A DNA stretch of 58,595 bases from Burkholderiales bacterium (GTDB lineage Bacteria; Pseudomonadota; Gammaproteobacteria; Burkholderiales; Burkholderiaceae_C). A program made the position numbers and the translations under genes. Of this stretch, positions 20,386-30,257 are shown one piece after another. Each line of letters begins with the position of its first letter. Position 1 is the stretch's first letter. The DNA lies in contig JBBQSS010000001.1 of NCBI GenBank assembly GCA_038213665.1, positions 1 to 58,595 on the forward strand. The letters are read 5' to 3'. The notes under the pieces are model-generated. The model was not told where the DNA came from. It saw nothing but the letters and a program-made list of their open reading frames with translations, and did not search any database.

Positions 20386-21174
20386 TCATTTCAAAGTTAA
20401 CAGACGCTCTTTTGCGGCGACTGCAGCCTCAGATTGAGGATAAGCTTTGACGAGATCGGACAGAGTCTTGCGCGCGCCTTTGGCGTCTTTCAATTCCAAC
20501 TGGCAGTTGGCGACAGACAGCACGGCCTCTGGTGCGCGCACATGCTCTGGATTCTTGGCAACCAGTGCGCGAAAGTTAACAATTGCTTCTTTGTAATCAC
20601 GCGTCGCATATTGCGCATTACCCAACCAGAACAAGGCCGACTGAGCGTAACCACTCGTCTCATGCCGACTCAAAAATCCCGCAAAGAGGTCTTGCGCAGC
20701 AGAAAAATCACCTTTTCGAAACACAGCCAGCGCCGCATCGAAATCACGCTTCTCACTGGGGTCGGCCAAAAACTCAACGCCATCCGCGTTGACCTTGACG
20801 GGTTCAAATTTTGAAAGACGTTCACTGACGGTTTGCGCTTGCTCTTTTTGAATGCGCTGCACCTCTGCGAAATCGCGCAACAGTTGCTCGTTGGCTCCCC
20901 GGACGGCAGAAAGTTCGATCTTCAGGAGTTCAATCTGGCGTTGCAAATCAAGCAAACTCTTGCCCAGTGAGGCGATCTCGTCAGACGCTGCCTTGCGCGA
21001 TTGATCAACGTCCACCCGGACCGATTCAATACGCTGGCGCACATCAAGAATTGCCTTGCGCGCCTCATCATCTTCAAAAAACGCAGCATGAACCCCAGTG
21101 GTGGTCAAAAGCCCGCACAAGACGAATATTAACGTCTTCACAACTTTCAAGGTGCTCATCCGAACGGACTTCAT
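20386..21174 (-). CDS. cpoB: Tol-Pal protein CpoB/YbgF
   Basis: Signal peptide, coiled coil, TPR (ALFWLG); follows pal. Confidence 0.9.
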   Translation of the reverse strand: MKSVRMSTLKVVKTLIFVLCGLLTTTGVHAAFFEDDEARKAILDVRQRIESVRVDVDQSRKAASDEIASLGKSLLDLQRQIELLKIELSAVRGANEQLLRDFAEVQRIQKEQAQTVSERLSKFEPVKVNADGVEFLADPSEKRDFDAALAVFRKGDFSAAQDLFAGFLSRHETSGYAQSALFWLGNAQYATRDYKEAIVNFRALVAKNPEHVRAPEAVLSVANCQLELKDAKGARKTLSDLVKAYPQSEAAVAAKERLLTLK

Positions 21175-21710
21175 TGGTAGCGAATCTCAGCCCTGCGGTT
21201 TTTGGAGAATGCCGCCTCGTCATTGCCGGCAACTGCAGGTTTTTCCTCACCAAAGCTCACTGCTTCCATTTGTGCTTGGGACACACCCAAGATAGAAAGC
21301 GCATCGCGCACAGCGTCGGCGCGTTTTTGACCCAATGCGAGGTTGTACTCCCGCCCGCCTGTTTCATCCGTATGACCTTCAATCGCCAGTTTGCGTGTTG
21401 GCTGCGTTTTCAGAAAACGCGCGTGCGCCGCAATCACTGGTTGAAACTCTGGATTGATCACGTAGCTGTCATAGTCAAAATACACAACCCGAGACTGCGA
21501 AGGTGCAATTACCTGTGTTGAACCGCTGCCCAAATCCACAGGTGCAACACCACCACCGTTGACACCTGAGCCGGTCGCATTCGGATCACCGCCCGTACCC
21601 GAGACCGAAGTGGCTGCAGCATCGGTTACTGGCACATCATCAAGCGGCACGGTAGACCCACACGCTGCCAACAAGACGACAGTACAAAAAATCACAAAAA
21701 TATTTTTCAT
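21171..21710 (-). CDS. pal: Peptidoglycan-associated lipoprotein
   Basis: LAAC lipobox, VYFDYDS, EYNLALGQKRA, KNRRAEI. Confidence 0.96.
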   Translation of the reverse strand: MKNIFVIFCTVVLLAACGSTVPLDDVPVTDAAATSVSGTGGDPNATGSGVNGGGVAPVDLGSGSTQVIAPSQSRVVYFDYDSYVINPEFQPVIAAHARFLKTQPTRKLAIEGHTDETGGREYNLALGQKRADAVRDALSILGVSQAQMEAVSFGEEKPAVAGNDEAAFSKNRRAEIRYQ

Positions 21711-21727
21711 TTCAAAATCCCTACCAT

Positions 21728-23026
21728 TCACTGTTTATAAAAAGGGCCCCAATCAGGCTCGCGGATGTCACCATTTTGTCCGTTGAGTCGCGCTTTGACC
21801 CGGCCGTCAAGCGTACTGGTCATCAGCGCTTCCCGTCCCTGCTGCTGGGTGGCGTAGACCAGCAACTTGCCATTGGGAGAGAAGCTGGGGCTTTCATCAG
21901 CGGTGGTCTCCGTGATGGCTCTCACGCTACCACCCGCCAATTCCATCACGTGTAGCTTAAAGGCCCCGCCCACCCGAGAAATATAAGCCATCCAGCGGCC
22001 ATCAGGACTGATGGCAGGTGAAATGTTGTAAGTACCCGTGAAGGTGACTCGCTCAACGCCCTGCCCGGTCGTCGAAACCTTGTAAATTTGAGGCGAACCA
22101 CCGCGGTCACTCACAAAATAAATGCTTTGCCCATCTGGCGAAAAAACCGGCTCGGTGTCAATGCTGCTGGATTGAATCAGGCGGCGCGGGTCGCCGCCTG
22201 ATGCGTTGAGCAGAAAAAGCTGGGAGCCACCATCACGGCTCAAAGTGACCGCCAGTGTTTTGCCATCCGGCGACCAGGCTGGCGCACTGTTGGAACCCTT
22301 GAAATTGGCAATTAACCTGCGCTTGCCAGAACTTACGTTGTGCACATAAACCACGGGCTTGCGCGACTCAAAGGACACATAGGCCAGCTGGTTACCGTCT
22401 GGTGACCAGGCGGGCGAAATAATGGGCTCAGGGCTGGCGAGGGCTGACTGTGCGCTTTCGCCATCCGCATCCGCCACCCACAACTGGTAACGCTGAGCAG
22501 ACTTGGTCACGTAAGCAATGCGGGTTGAAAAAACACCTTTGTCGCCGGTTAGCTTTTCATAAATGTAATCAGCCACACGGTGAGCGGCCAAGCGCAAGTC
22601 ACCATTTGTCACAGCAAAACTTTGGCCGCCCAGGTCTTGCCCCTTGACGACGTCCCACAGACGAAAGCGCACATCGAATCGGCCATCTGCAAGCTTGGTG
22701 ATGCTGCCGGAGGCAAAAGCGTCGGCGCTGGTCGTGCGCAAAGAGGAAAACTCAGGGAGCGAAGACTCATCAAAAACACCCGCAGGTGCCGCGATCACGC
22801 GAAACTGACCACTGCGCTCCAGATCAGCCGTGATGATCGCAGAGATTTTTTGCGGTAACGCATCCTGGCCTCTGAAGGGTGCGATCACTACCGGCACTTG
22901 GGTCAAACCCACGCCGGAAACCTCGATGCGGAATTGGGCGAAGGCCGGAAGGCTAGCGAGCAAAATCAGGCAAACCCAAAAAAATCGGGATACATCAGAC
23001 AAACGTAAAAGCGGGTAACAATTCAT
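21728..23026 (-). CDS. tolB: TolB
   Basis: Repeated PAWSPDG beta-propeller motifs. Confidence 0.96.
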   Translation of the reverse strand: MNCYPLLRLSDVSRFFWVCLILLASLPAFAQFRIEVSGVGLTQVPVVIAPFRGQDALPQKISAIITADLERSGQFRVIAAPAGVFDESSLPEFSSLRTTSADAFASGSITKLADGRFDVRFRLWDVVKGQDLGGQSFAVTNGDLRLAAHRVADYIYEKLTGDKGVFSTRIAYVTKSAQRYQLWVADADGESAQSALASPEPIISPAWSPDGNQLAYVSFESRKPVVYVHNVSSGKRRLIANFKGSNSAPAWSPDGKTLAVTLSRDGGSQLFLLNASGGDPRRLIQSSSIDTEPVFSPDGQSIYFVSDRGGSPQIYKVSTTGQGVERVTFTGTYNISPAISPDGRWMAYISRVGGAFKLHVMELAGGSVRAITETTADESPSFSPNGKLLVYATQQQGREALMTSTLDGRVKARLNGQNGDIREPDWGPFYKQ

Positions 23027-23329
23027 TTTTCAGACTTAAAACAATACAAAAAACAGAGCAATATTTTGCCCAATCGGCACCCGTGTACACAAGGTCATCT
23101 TGGTGAACGCTCTGGGGCTATCTAGAAAGTCGCGATGCGCGAAATGCTAACACCCTTGCCATAGGCGCTTGAATTCTGGTGGCTTTCTGACTGAAGCACA
23201 CCTCCACACCACCCGCGCAGCACGGAATCCGGCAAACTCACGCTCCCCAAGAGCGAGCTCCAAAAGTAGTGAACCAATCGACCACGACAAGCAACAAGCC
23301 TAATGGAATTTCCAACCCTGAACAGACCT

Positions 23330-23870
23330 GAGGACAGTCTGAATAACTAAAAAATGATGTAGTACCTCGCTCATTTCCGCCACCAGCCTGGTCTCAGACC
23401 CCGGCATGGACCATTCGAACCCTACTTCTCGGCTTGTTCGAAATCTTTTGTGCCCCGTTTTGGCCTTGCTGGCTCATTTCAGGCGTACTCATGCCTGCGC
23501 CGCCATCAAATCTTGGCGCGCCATCCATAAATTGGACAACGTAAACGAAGTGGCGATCTGCGCCGCGTTTTTTTTCAGTCCCCGGTAGCGGGTCTTCCTG
23601 TAGCCAAACTGGCGCTTGATCACCCAAAACGGATGCTCCACCTTGACGCGAACGCCCGCCTTGTACTTCTCGGCCTTGTTCAGCAGTTCTGCTTGAGGGT
23701 TTTGCGTGTGCCTGGGCGCATAGCCATATGCCAAGTCACGGCGGGTTCAGCACCTGGGCGCGTCTCAACACCCTGATACCCGGCATCGGCCCTGACGCTC
23801 TTTTCATGTTCGTGCAGTAGTTGGTGCGCTTGGGTGATGATGTGCTCATTTCCGCTGGTGCAACGCACTG
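23330..23870 (-). mobile_element. IS5-family remnant (frameshifted transposase 3' part plus one terminus)
   Basis: ADAGYQG, RVKVEHPFWVIKRQFGYRKTRYRGLKKN split across frames; IS5-like end gaggacagtctgaataac near 23330; 5' part missing. Confidence 0.82.
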
Positions 23871-23909
23871 AGGTTGCCCGTTATCCGCTCCCGTCAGGCG
23901 GCGCGCCGG

Positions 23910-25145
23910 TTATTTCAATCGGGCGGCGCTTTTGCTGCCAGCCGGAAGACCCGAAAAAAGCAGGCCGACCGCCCAGGCGAAAAGCAGCTTTTCGGCGTGG
24001 TCAAGCAGGAAGGAGTTGAACAGGTTGCCGACCAGATAAGCCAGCACCAGTCCGCGCGCCAGCAGTTGTTCAGGGGGCGTAAGTCGGCTCGCCGTCCGCC
24101 AGAGAATCACGAACAGCGCGAGCAATACGATCAAGCCGGGAATCCCGAACTGGGCGGCGGTCAGCAGGTACTGGTTGTGCGGATTGTTAGAGGTTTGTGC
24201 CGCAGTGCCGGCGATCTGTTCGTCATAGGCGTGTGCAAAGCCGCCAGTGCCTACACCGATCAAGGGATGCGCGGCAATGATGCGCAGACTGGTGGCGGCG
24301 TATTGCATGCGCAGGCCCATCGAACTTTGATCGTTGTTGCCGTATTGCCAGTTCTGGACTTCCTGGATGCCGTCGCTGTATCTGGCCATCACCGGCAATC
24401 CCGGCCACTGCGCAACGACGACCCCTGTCGCCGCGATCACGGCGCCGGCAACGACGACACCGCGCCAGCGGAAGCGCTGAATGAACAGATAGGCGGTGAG
24501 CACCAGCAGCACCACCTGGCCGGTGCGTCCCTCAACGATGAACAGATTGCCCACCGCCAATCCCGCAGCGAGGCCCAGTCCCCAGCGCCAGCGAGTGTCT
24601 CGCGAATACACGGCTCCGACGAAAAACAGGTAGGAGCCGAGCGCGACGAAGAAGCTGTGCGTGATGTGCAGCTTGAAAACAACCGGGTTGCTGGCGTCGT
24701 TGTTCTTACTCAGCCAGTCGGGCAGGTCAACGCCGGCCCGCATCGCGTAGGAGAGGAACAGCGTAATCAGGATGCTGAGGCCGAAGGCGACCGCAGCGTG
24801 CCATTTCTGCTTGCCGGATAAAGGCAGGGCGATCACTGCCAGCGGCAGCAGCAGGATCGCGTATTTACCAAAATAACGCAAGCGCTCGGCGGCGTTGCCG
24901 TAACCCCAGGCCGTGCCAAGGGCGGCGAATAGCAGGAAGGCGAGCAGCACCCGGCTCAGCGGGCTAGCGCGCAAGTTACCCCATTTGCCTGGCCAGTTCC
25001 CACAGAGCAGCCAGCCGATCAGCACCACGAACAGCAGCAGGTTGTCGATCGCGACAGAAATCGGCAGCGAGAGGCCGAGCAGAATGGTCGCGACCTGGCT
25101 GAGTCTGGTGGCGCGCGAGTCGGCTGAAGTGAGCGTGAGGGACAT
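23910..25145 (-). CDS. O-antigen ligase (WaaL) family
   Basis: Multi-TM protein with GRTG, PLIGVGTGGF and NPHNQYL motifs. Confidence 0.88.
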   Translation of the reverse strand: MSLTLTSADSRATRLSQVATILLGLSLPISVAIDNLLLFVVLIGWLLCGNWPGKWGNLRASPLSRVLLAFLLFAALGTAWGYGNAAERLRYFGKYAILLLPLAVIALPLSGKQKWHAAVAFGLSILITLFLSYAMRAGVDLPDWLSKNNDASNPVVFKLHITHSFFVALGSYLFFVGAVYSRDTRWRWGLGLAAGLAVGNLFIVEGRTGQVVLLVLTAYLFIQRFRWRGVVVAGAVIAATGVVVAQWPGLPVMARYSDGIQEVQNWQYGNNDQSSMGLRMQYAATSLRIIAAHPLIGVGTGGFAHAYDEQIAGTAAQTSNNPHNQYLLTAAQFGIPGLIVLLALFVILWRTASRLTPPEQLLARGLVLAYLVGNLFNSFLLDHAEKLLFAWAVGLLFSGLPAGSKSAARLK

Positions 25146-25184
25146 CGTCGGGCGGTGGTTTGGGGAAGGTCGGCGCGGGACGGG

Positions 25185-25922
25185 TCAGTTTGCGGTCGGG
25201 GCGTTTTTCTTGCGTAGGCCGTAGATGATGACGTCGCCGTAAAACGGAATTTCGCCCTGCATCGCGGCCGGCAAGCGGCGTGTCAGCCAAGGCCGAAAAA
25301 ATTCGCTGAACCAGCTCTTACTAATGTCGTTGACCGCGACGTCGATGATTTCGAGGTCGGCACGCGCCGCCGCACCGCGGAAGAAAATCATGTCGATACC
25401 GTGCAGATGGCCGGAATCCTTGGTTGCATCGCCCTGCGGGCCGAAGAAGCGATGGTGTCCGCGGACCAGCGCCCAGCGCCGCGAACGGAAGGAATCGACG
25501 TTCGATGTCGAGATGATGACCAAGCCATCGTGACGCGTCACGCGCGCGCACTCCCGCAGGAAAGCGCTTGGGTTTTCGAGGTATTCGATGCCGTCGATGC
25601 CTTCGACCGAAACGACTAGGTCGTACTCCTGGTCCGGGATAGGCAGGCCGAGGTTAGCGTTGGCCAAAACACGCCGTTTTGGATCGTAGCGGAAAGGTTC
25701 GACCGCTTCGATATCGACCGAGGTGACAGAGAGTCCAGTGGCCGCCATCCGGGCCGATAAGGCGCCGACACCGCACGGCACGTCTAGGGTCATGCGGCCG
25801 GCGAGCGCCGACAACAAGCGAATGACCATATCGAGGACGCGTTCATGCGTATTGTGGACGGCGGCGTGTTCGTGCCATGGGGTTTGGGCAGGATTGGTCA
25901 AAGTGGTCATGGGTGAGGTCAC
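25185..25922 (-). CDS. Class I SAM-dependent methyltransferase
   Basis: LDVPCGVG motif I; YDLVVSVEGI..LENP. Confidence 0.8.
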   Translation of the reverse strand: MTSPMTTLTNPAQTPWHEHAAVHNTHERVLDMVIRLLSALAGRMTLDVPCGVGALSARMAATGLSVTSVDIEAVEPFRYDPKRRVLANANLGLPIPDQEYDLVVSVEGIDGIEYLENPSAFLRECARVTRHDGLVIISTSNVDSFRSRRWALVRGHHRFFGPQGDATKDSGHLHGIDMIFFRGAAARADLEIIDVAVNDISKSWFSEFFRPWLTRRLPAAMQGEIPFYGDVIIYGLRKKNAPTAN

Positions 25923-27025
25923 TGGCGGCAGGCCGCAATATGGTTGATCAGTTGGTCGAGATTGGTTTGCAGACCGAAGCGGCGCAACACGTCGGCACTG
26001 CCGGCTTGGGCCAGGGCCCGCATTGCTTCTGGCGTGGTCAAGGCGCGATCAATGGTGGCGGTCCATGCCGCGCCATCGCCGGAGCGCGCGATCAGGCCGG
26101 TTTCCTGATGCCGCACGGTTTCCGGGATGCCGCCGACCTCGCTGACAACGACCGGGATGCCGAGCGAGAGGGCCTCGATCTGCGACATGCCAAGCGGTTC
26201 GTAGGACGAGGGCGCGACCACCAGCGCGGCGCGGGCATAGACCGCCGGCATGTTGTCGACCATACCGAGAAAGGCGACCTGTTGGCCCAGGCCCAGACGT
26301 TCGGTCTGCTGCTGCAGCTGAACCTTCAACTCGCCTTCGCCGGCGATCGCAAAGCCGATGTGCTGGCCGCGCTGTTTGAGCGCGGCCAGCACGTCAAGCA
26401 TCAGCGCGTGTCCTTTTTCCGGCCGCAGCATCGCGGCCTGCACGATCAGCGGGCGCGGCAGCGCGGCGAGGGCCTGCGCGATCGCTGCGGGCAAGGCTTC
26501 CTGGCTGCGCCGTGCGATCGCTGCGAAATCGATGCCGGGATACAGCAAGTGGATACGTTGCGGATTGATCGCGCGGTTGGCCAGCAGGCGCTGGCGCATC
26601 TCGTTGCTGGGCACCAGCGTGCGATCGAACAGGTGGTTGTAGGTCCAGGCGTTGGGCCGGCCGTGCTGGTAGGTGCGGGCGCGCAGCAGGGCCGGCCGGT
26701 CGGGAACCAGCCGCGCCGCCAGCGCTCCGTTGTTGGCGTCATGGCCGCTATGGCAAATCAACGCGTCGGGTCGGAAGGATTGCAGCGCGCGCCGCACGCC
26801 GACAATGCTGGGCAGGTGCAAGCTGTTGCGAAACGGAACCGCCACGGTGGCGATTCCGCGCGCCGCGGCAACGGTGGCGAGGCGGCTGTTGACGCGGCAC
26901 AGAATCAGGGTGTCGATGCCGCGCGTCGGTAGGCTGGCGGCCTGCGCCAGCAGTTGCAGTTCCTGGCCACCGAGATTGGGCGAGCTTTCGCTGAACAGGA
27001 CGCGGCGCACCCCGATCGAACTCAT
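25919..27025 (-). CDS. Glycosyltransferase family 4
   Basis: GGQE, LRPEKGH, EPLGMSQIEA. Confidence 0.9.
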   Translation of the reverse strand: MSSIGVRRVLFSESSPNLGGQELQLLAQAASLPTRGIDTLILCRVNSRLATVAAARGIATVAVPFRNSLHLPSIVGVRRALQSFRPDALICHSGHDANNGALAARLVPDRPALLRARTYQHGRPNAWTYNHLFDRTLVPSNEMRQRLLANRAINPQRIHLLYPGIDFAAIARRSQEALPAAIAQALAALPRPLIVQAAMLRPEKGHALMLDVLAALKQRGQHIGFAIAGEGELKVQLQQQTERLGLGQQVAFLGMVDNMPAVYARAALVVAPSSYEPLGMSQIEALSLGIPVVVSEVGGIPETVRHQETGLIARSGDGAAWTATIDRALTTPEAMRALAQAGSADVLRRFGLQTNLDQLINHIAACRQ

Positions 27026-27948
27026 AACCAGTCCAGATCGACCGGACGTCCGAAGTCGATGTCGGCGAACTGGCCTCCGAGGTCAAGGGTGTCACTGCCG
27101 GTGTAGCCGGCGGCGCGCCAGCGTGGCAACCGCGCGCCGTAAAGGCGGACCAGGCCGCGCTGCGGGTCGTCGCTGGTAGCCTCGGGCAGCGGCACGATGC
27201 AATCGCTGGCGTTGCCAAAGACGTTGGCAGCCCAGTGTGAATAACCGGAAATCGGGGTGGCCAAGATCACCGGGCAACAACCCAGCGCGAACATGTCAGC
27301 AACCGGATTGACTGTCGAGGCGTGGTCGGCGCCCTTGTAGGTGTACGGTGACAAGGCGTCGAGGCTGATCACGTCGAGACCCTCATAGAGTTCGCGGAAA
27401 GCGCGCGGGTCGCCGGTCGTGGACAGGAAGAAGGTGACGTCGGGTTGTACCCGCTTGATCGCGCGCATGGTTTCGGCGTACCACCAGATCGGCACCGCAG
27501 GCCACTCGCGATCAACGCGGTAGGTGGTTTCATCGCCGAGTTCGTAGTCGCCGTGGCGGACATGAACACCGACCACCGGGCGACCCTTGAGCGCCGCGAA
27601 ACTACGCCGGATGCTTGCGGCCAGCGGCTGCGCGATTTTGATCCGGCGCGCGGTTTCAAGATAGATCGGATTCAGCAGCTCGTCGGGGCCGTCAAGCGAA
27701 CGCAGGATGATTTTCTTGTCGCGCAGCGTGTCGAACAGCGCGCGGTCGCAATGGCGAATGCGCTGAGCGCCGATGCGGGCGAGCAGGCGCACCTTGCCGC
27801 GCGTGGTTCCGGAGACCGCAAACGAATCAAGTTCGTGCCAGTCAAGGATGATTTGATGCCCGTATGCTTTCTGAATGGCGAATGCCAGCGGCAGGGCCTC
27901 GAAGCGATTGGAAACACCGACAAATTCGTCGATATAGAGCTTGGGCAT
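27022..27948 (-). CDS. Putative fucosyltransferase-fold glycosyltransferase (GT11/GT23-like)
   Basis: GVSNR N-terminal motif, GVHVRHGD, FLSTT, DMFAL...SGYSHWA. Confidence 0.6.
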   Translation of the reverse strand: MPKLYIDEFVGVSNRFEALPLAFAIQKAYGHQIILDWHELDSFAVSGTTRGKVRLLARIGAQRIRHCDRALFDTLRDKKIILRSLDGPDELLNPIYLETARRIKIAQPLAASIRRSFAALKGRPVVGVHVRHGDYELGDETTYRVDREWPAVPIWWYAETMRAIKRVQPDVTFFLSTTGDPRAFRELYEGLDVISLDALSPYTYKGADHASTVNPVADMFALGCCPVILATPISGYSHWAANVFGNASDCIVPLPEATSDDPQRGLVRLYGARLPRWRAAGYTGSDTLDLGGQFADIDFGRPVDLDWL

Positions 27949-28007
27949 GCGGGGTACCATGGCAAAATGCCGAAATTATAACGAAGCGGCCTGATTGCCA
28001 GTTCTTG

Positions 28008-29069
28008 ATGTCAACACCAGATCACCAACGCATACTCATCGTTTGCACACGACGCATCGGTGACGTTTTGCTGGTCACGCCAGTGATTCGCTCGTTGCGG
28101 CGAGCGTGGCCGCAGGCGCAAATAGACGCGCTGGTCTTTCGCGGCACCGCAGGCGTATTGGAAGGCAATCCTGACTTGGGCGAGCTGATCGTGGTCCCCG
28201 AGCGTTCGACCAAAATGGCGCGCTGGCGCGAGTTGTGGCAGTTGTGGAATCGCTACGATCTCTCGTTTTCCTGCGTGCCGTCGGACCGCGCCCGGCTCTA
28301 CGCCTGGGCCGCATCGCGGCGCCATCTGGGGATGCTTGCGGCCGACGAGAGCGCGGCCAAGCTGCGACTGATGGACAGCGCCGTGCGCTTCGACGACATC
28401 AATACCCATACCGTGTTGATGGGGCTGCAGCTGGTCGACCTGGCCAGCGTTGCGCGTTATCCCGAGGTGGTGCCGCCAACCGCCGGCGGCAGGTTGCCGC
28501 CCGGAATCGGGCAAGCTTTCACGGTATTGCATCCCTTTCCAAAGTTCACCTACAAGATGTGGACCGAGGCGGGCTGGATCGCCTTGGCGCAGGCGCTGCA
28601 AGCCCGAGGTTTCCAAGTCCTGTTGACAGGTAGCAACGAGGCTGCGGAAGTCGCCTATTGTCAGCGCTTGGCCACCAACAGCGGCGCGCTTTGCCTAGCC
28701 GGAAAACTGTCGCTGGCGCAGACCGCCGATCTGCTGCGTCGGGCCAAGTTGTTTGTCGGCCCCGACACGGCGGTGACGCATCTTGCGGCGGCCTGCGGAA
28801 TTCCGACGGTGGCCCTGTTCGGTCCGTCGAATCCGGTTAAGTGGGGCCCCTGGCCGAGCGGTCGCGACGTGCTCGACAGCCCCTGGCGGCTGATCGGCAG
28901 CGCCCGTCACGGCAACGTCATGCTGCTGCAAGGCAGCGGCGAATGTGTACCGTGCCGACTGGAAGGCTGTGACCGCCATCTGGCAAGTTGGAGCCGTTGC
29001 CTGCAGGAGATGCCAGCGGCCCGAGTAATCGACGCTGCGCTGGGCATGCTGGAACCAATCCGCCGATAG
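28008..29069 (+). CDS. Glycosyltransferase family 9 (heptosyltransferase-like)
   Basis: RRIGDVLL, GPDTAVTHLAAA, VALFGPS. Confidence 0.9.
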   Translation: MSTPDHQRILIVCTRRIGDVLLVTPVIRSLRRAWPQAQIDALVFRGTAGVLEGNPDLGELIVVPERSTKMARWRELWQLWNRYDLSFSCVPSDRARLYAWAASRRHLGMLAADESAAKLRLMDSAVRFDDINTHTVLMGLQLVDLASVARYPEVVPPTAGGRLPPGIGQAFTVLHPFPKFTYKMWTEAGWIALAQALQARGFQVLLTGSNEAAEVAYCQRLATNSGALCLAGKLSLAQTADLLRRAKLFVGPDTAVTHLAAACGIPTVALFGPSNPVKWGPWPSGRDVLDSPWRLIGSARHGNVMLLQGSGECVPCRLEGCDRHLASWSRCLQEMPAARVIDAALGMLEPIRR

Positions 29070-29273
29070 GCCTCGGGTACCAGCAATTTAAATTCTTTAA
29101 ACAACTTTGTCTCACTCTCATTGGGACCTTCCGAAATGAACTTCCAAGTTATCGAAGTAAATTTCAGCACTCAATTGAATTAGTCTATTAATATCCAAAA
29201 GTTGAAGCGGTTTAAAATGCAAATAAATTAAGATAATCTTGCATTTTTTCACAATTACATTTACATGTAAAAC

Positions 29274-30032
29274 TTATTTATTTTGAAATTTTGACAAATA
29301 AAATAATTTTAAATACCGATAATAAGTCGCCTCAGCATTTGATATTGCCAACATCAGTCCTTCAGCACCATCCAAAAAACCAGCCCGAAAAATATAAGTC
29401 CTGACGAAAGCCCAAAAGCCATGTGCAATCGCAGATGTTAAACCTCCGCGTTTGCCTTTTTGATAGCTATTTCTGGCGCCAAGAGTTGAGTATTGATTTA
29501 TTTTTGAAATGACTTCGTCCAGATCCTTGTAGGTCACATGAAGTAACGGCACAGTCAATTTAGCTGCATCACCCTGAAAAACAAGTCGCTCATGAACAAG
29601 ATCATTGCTAAAAGAAGCCTCACCCCGCTTGAAAAGCCGTGGCACATAGTCTGGCCACCAACCGGAGTGCCGGATAAATTTTCCACAATAACTTGAAAGT
29701 CTGGGTAATTTATAGATGAATGGGCTTACAGATTGAATAGCATTAGCAATTTCCTGATGCAAAGCATCGCTCACCTGTTCATCAGCATCGAGCGATAAAA
29801 TCCAATCGCAGGAGGCGTAACCCAAAGCCCGATTTTTTTGGACCCCAAATCCCTGCCAATCAGTCGATGTATAAATTTTGTCAGTATATTCTTTGGCGAT
29901 TGACAAAGTATTATCAATACTACCCGAATCCAATACGATTATTTCATCAGCCCAAACAACGGATTCAAGACAAACTCGAATATCGTGCTCCTCGTTTTTT
30001 ACGATGATAATAACGGACAGTGTCGATTTCAC
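29274..30032 (-). CDS. Glycosyltransferase family 2 (WaaE/KdtX-like)
   Basis: KNEE, DSGSID, LDADE, VHERL, GFLDG; AT-rich. Confidence 0.9.
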   Translation of the reverse strand: MKSTLSVIIIVKNEEHDIRVCLESVVWADEIIVLDSGSIDNTLSIAKEYTDKIYTSTDWQGFGVQKNRALGYASCDWILSLDADEQVSDALHQEIANAIQSVSPFIYKLPRLSSYCGKFIRHSGWWPDYVPRLFKRGEASFSNDLVHERLVFQGDAAKLTVPLLHVTYKDLDEVISKINQYSTLGARNSYQKGKRGGLTSAIAHGFWAFVRTYIFRAGFLDGAEGLMLAISNAEATYYRYLKLFYLSKFQNK

Positions 30033-30061
30033 TAGCGTAATAATGGTAGTTCTATGCCGTT

Positions 30062-30205
30062 TTAAGTGGAACTTGACATCACAGACAGCAATGGATTAGC
30101 ATGCTGTATTTGGGTGAAATGACGAAGAACCGAGTGAACACTTTCTATGAAAGAATAGTCAAAAAAGGTTCCATTTCGAATAAAAATAAATAAACTAATC
30201 TTCAT
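30062..30205 (-). pseudogene. N-terminal stub of a glycosyltransferase
   Basis: RBS plus MKISLFIFIRNGTFFDYSFIESVHSVL, resembling GT2 N-termini, then truncated. Confidence 0.45.
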
Positions 30206-30257
30206 ATCGGTTCCTGCTTTCAATGGTGACTGACCGTGAAGTTTTAATTCGTGCCAT

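Noticed and set aside
21728-23330. Missing tolQRA upstream of tolB as a deletion
   Set aside because: Split tol-pal loci are common; this cannot be judged from one window
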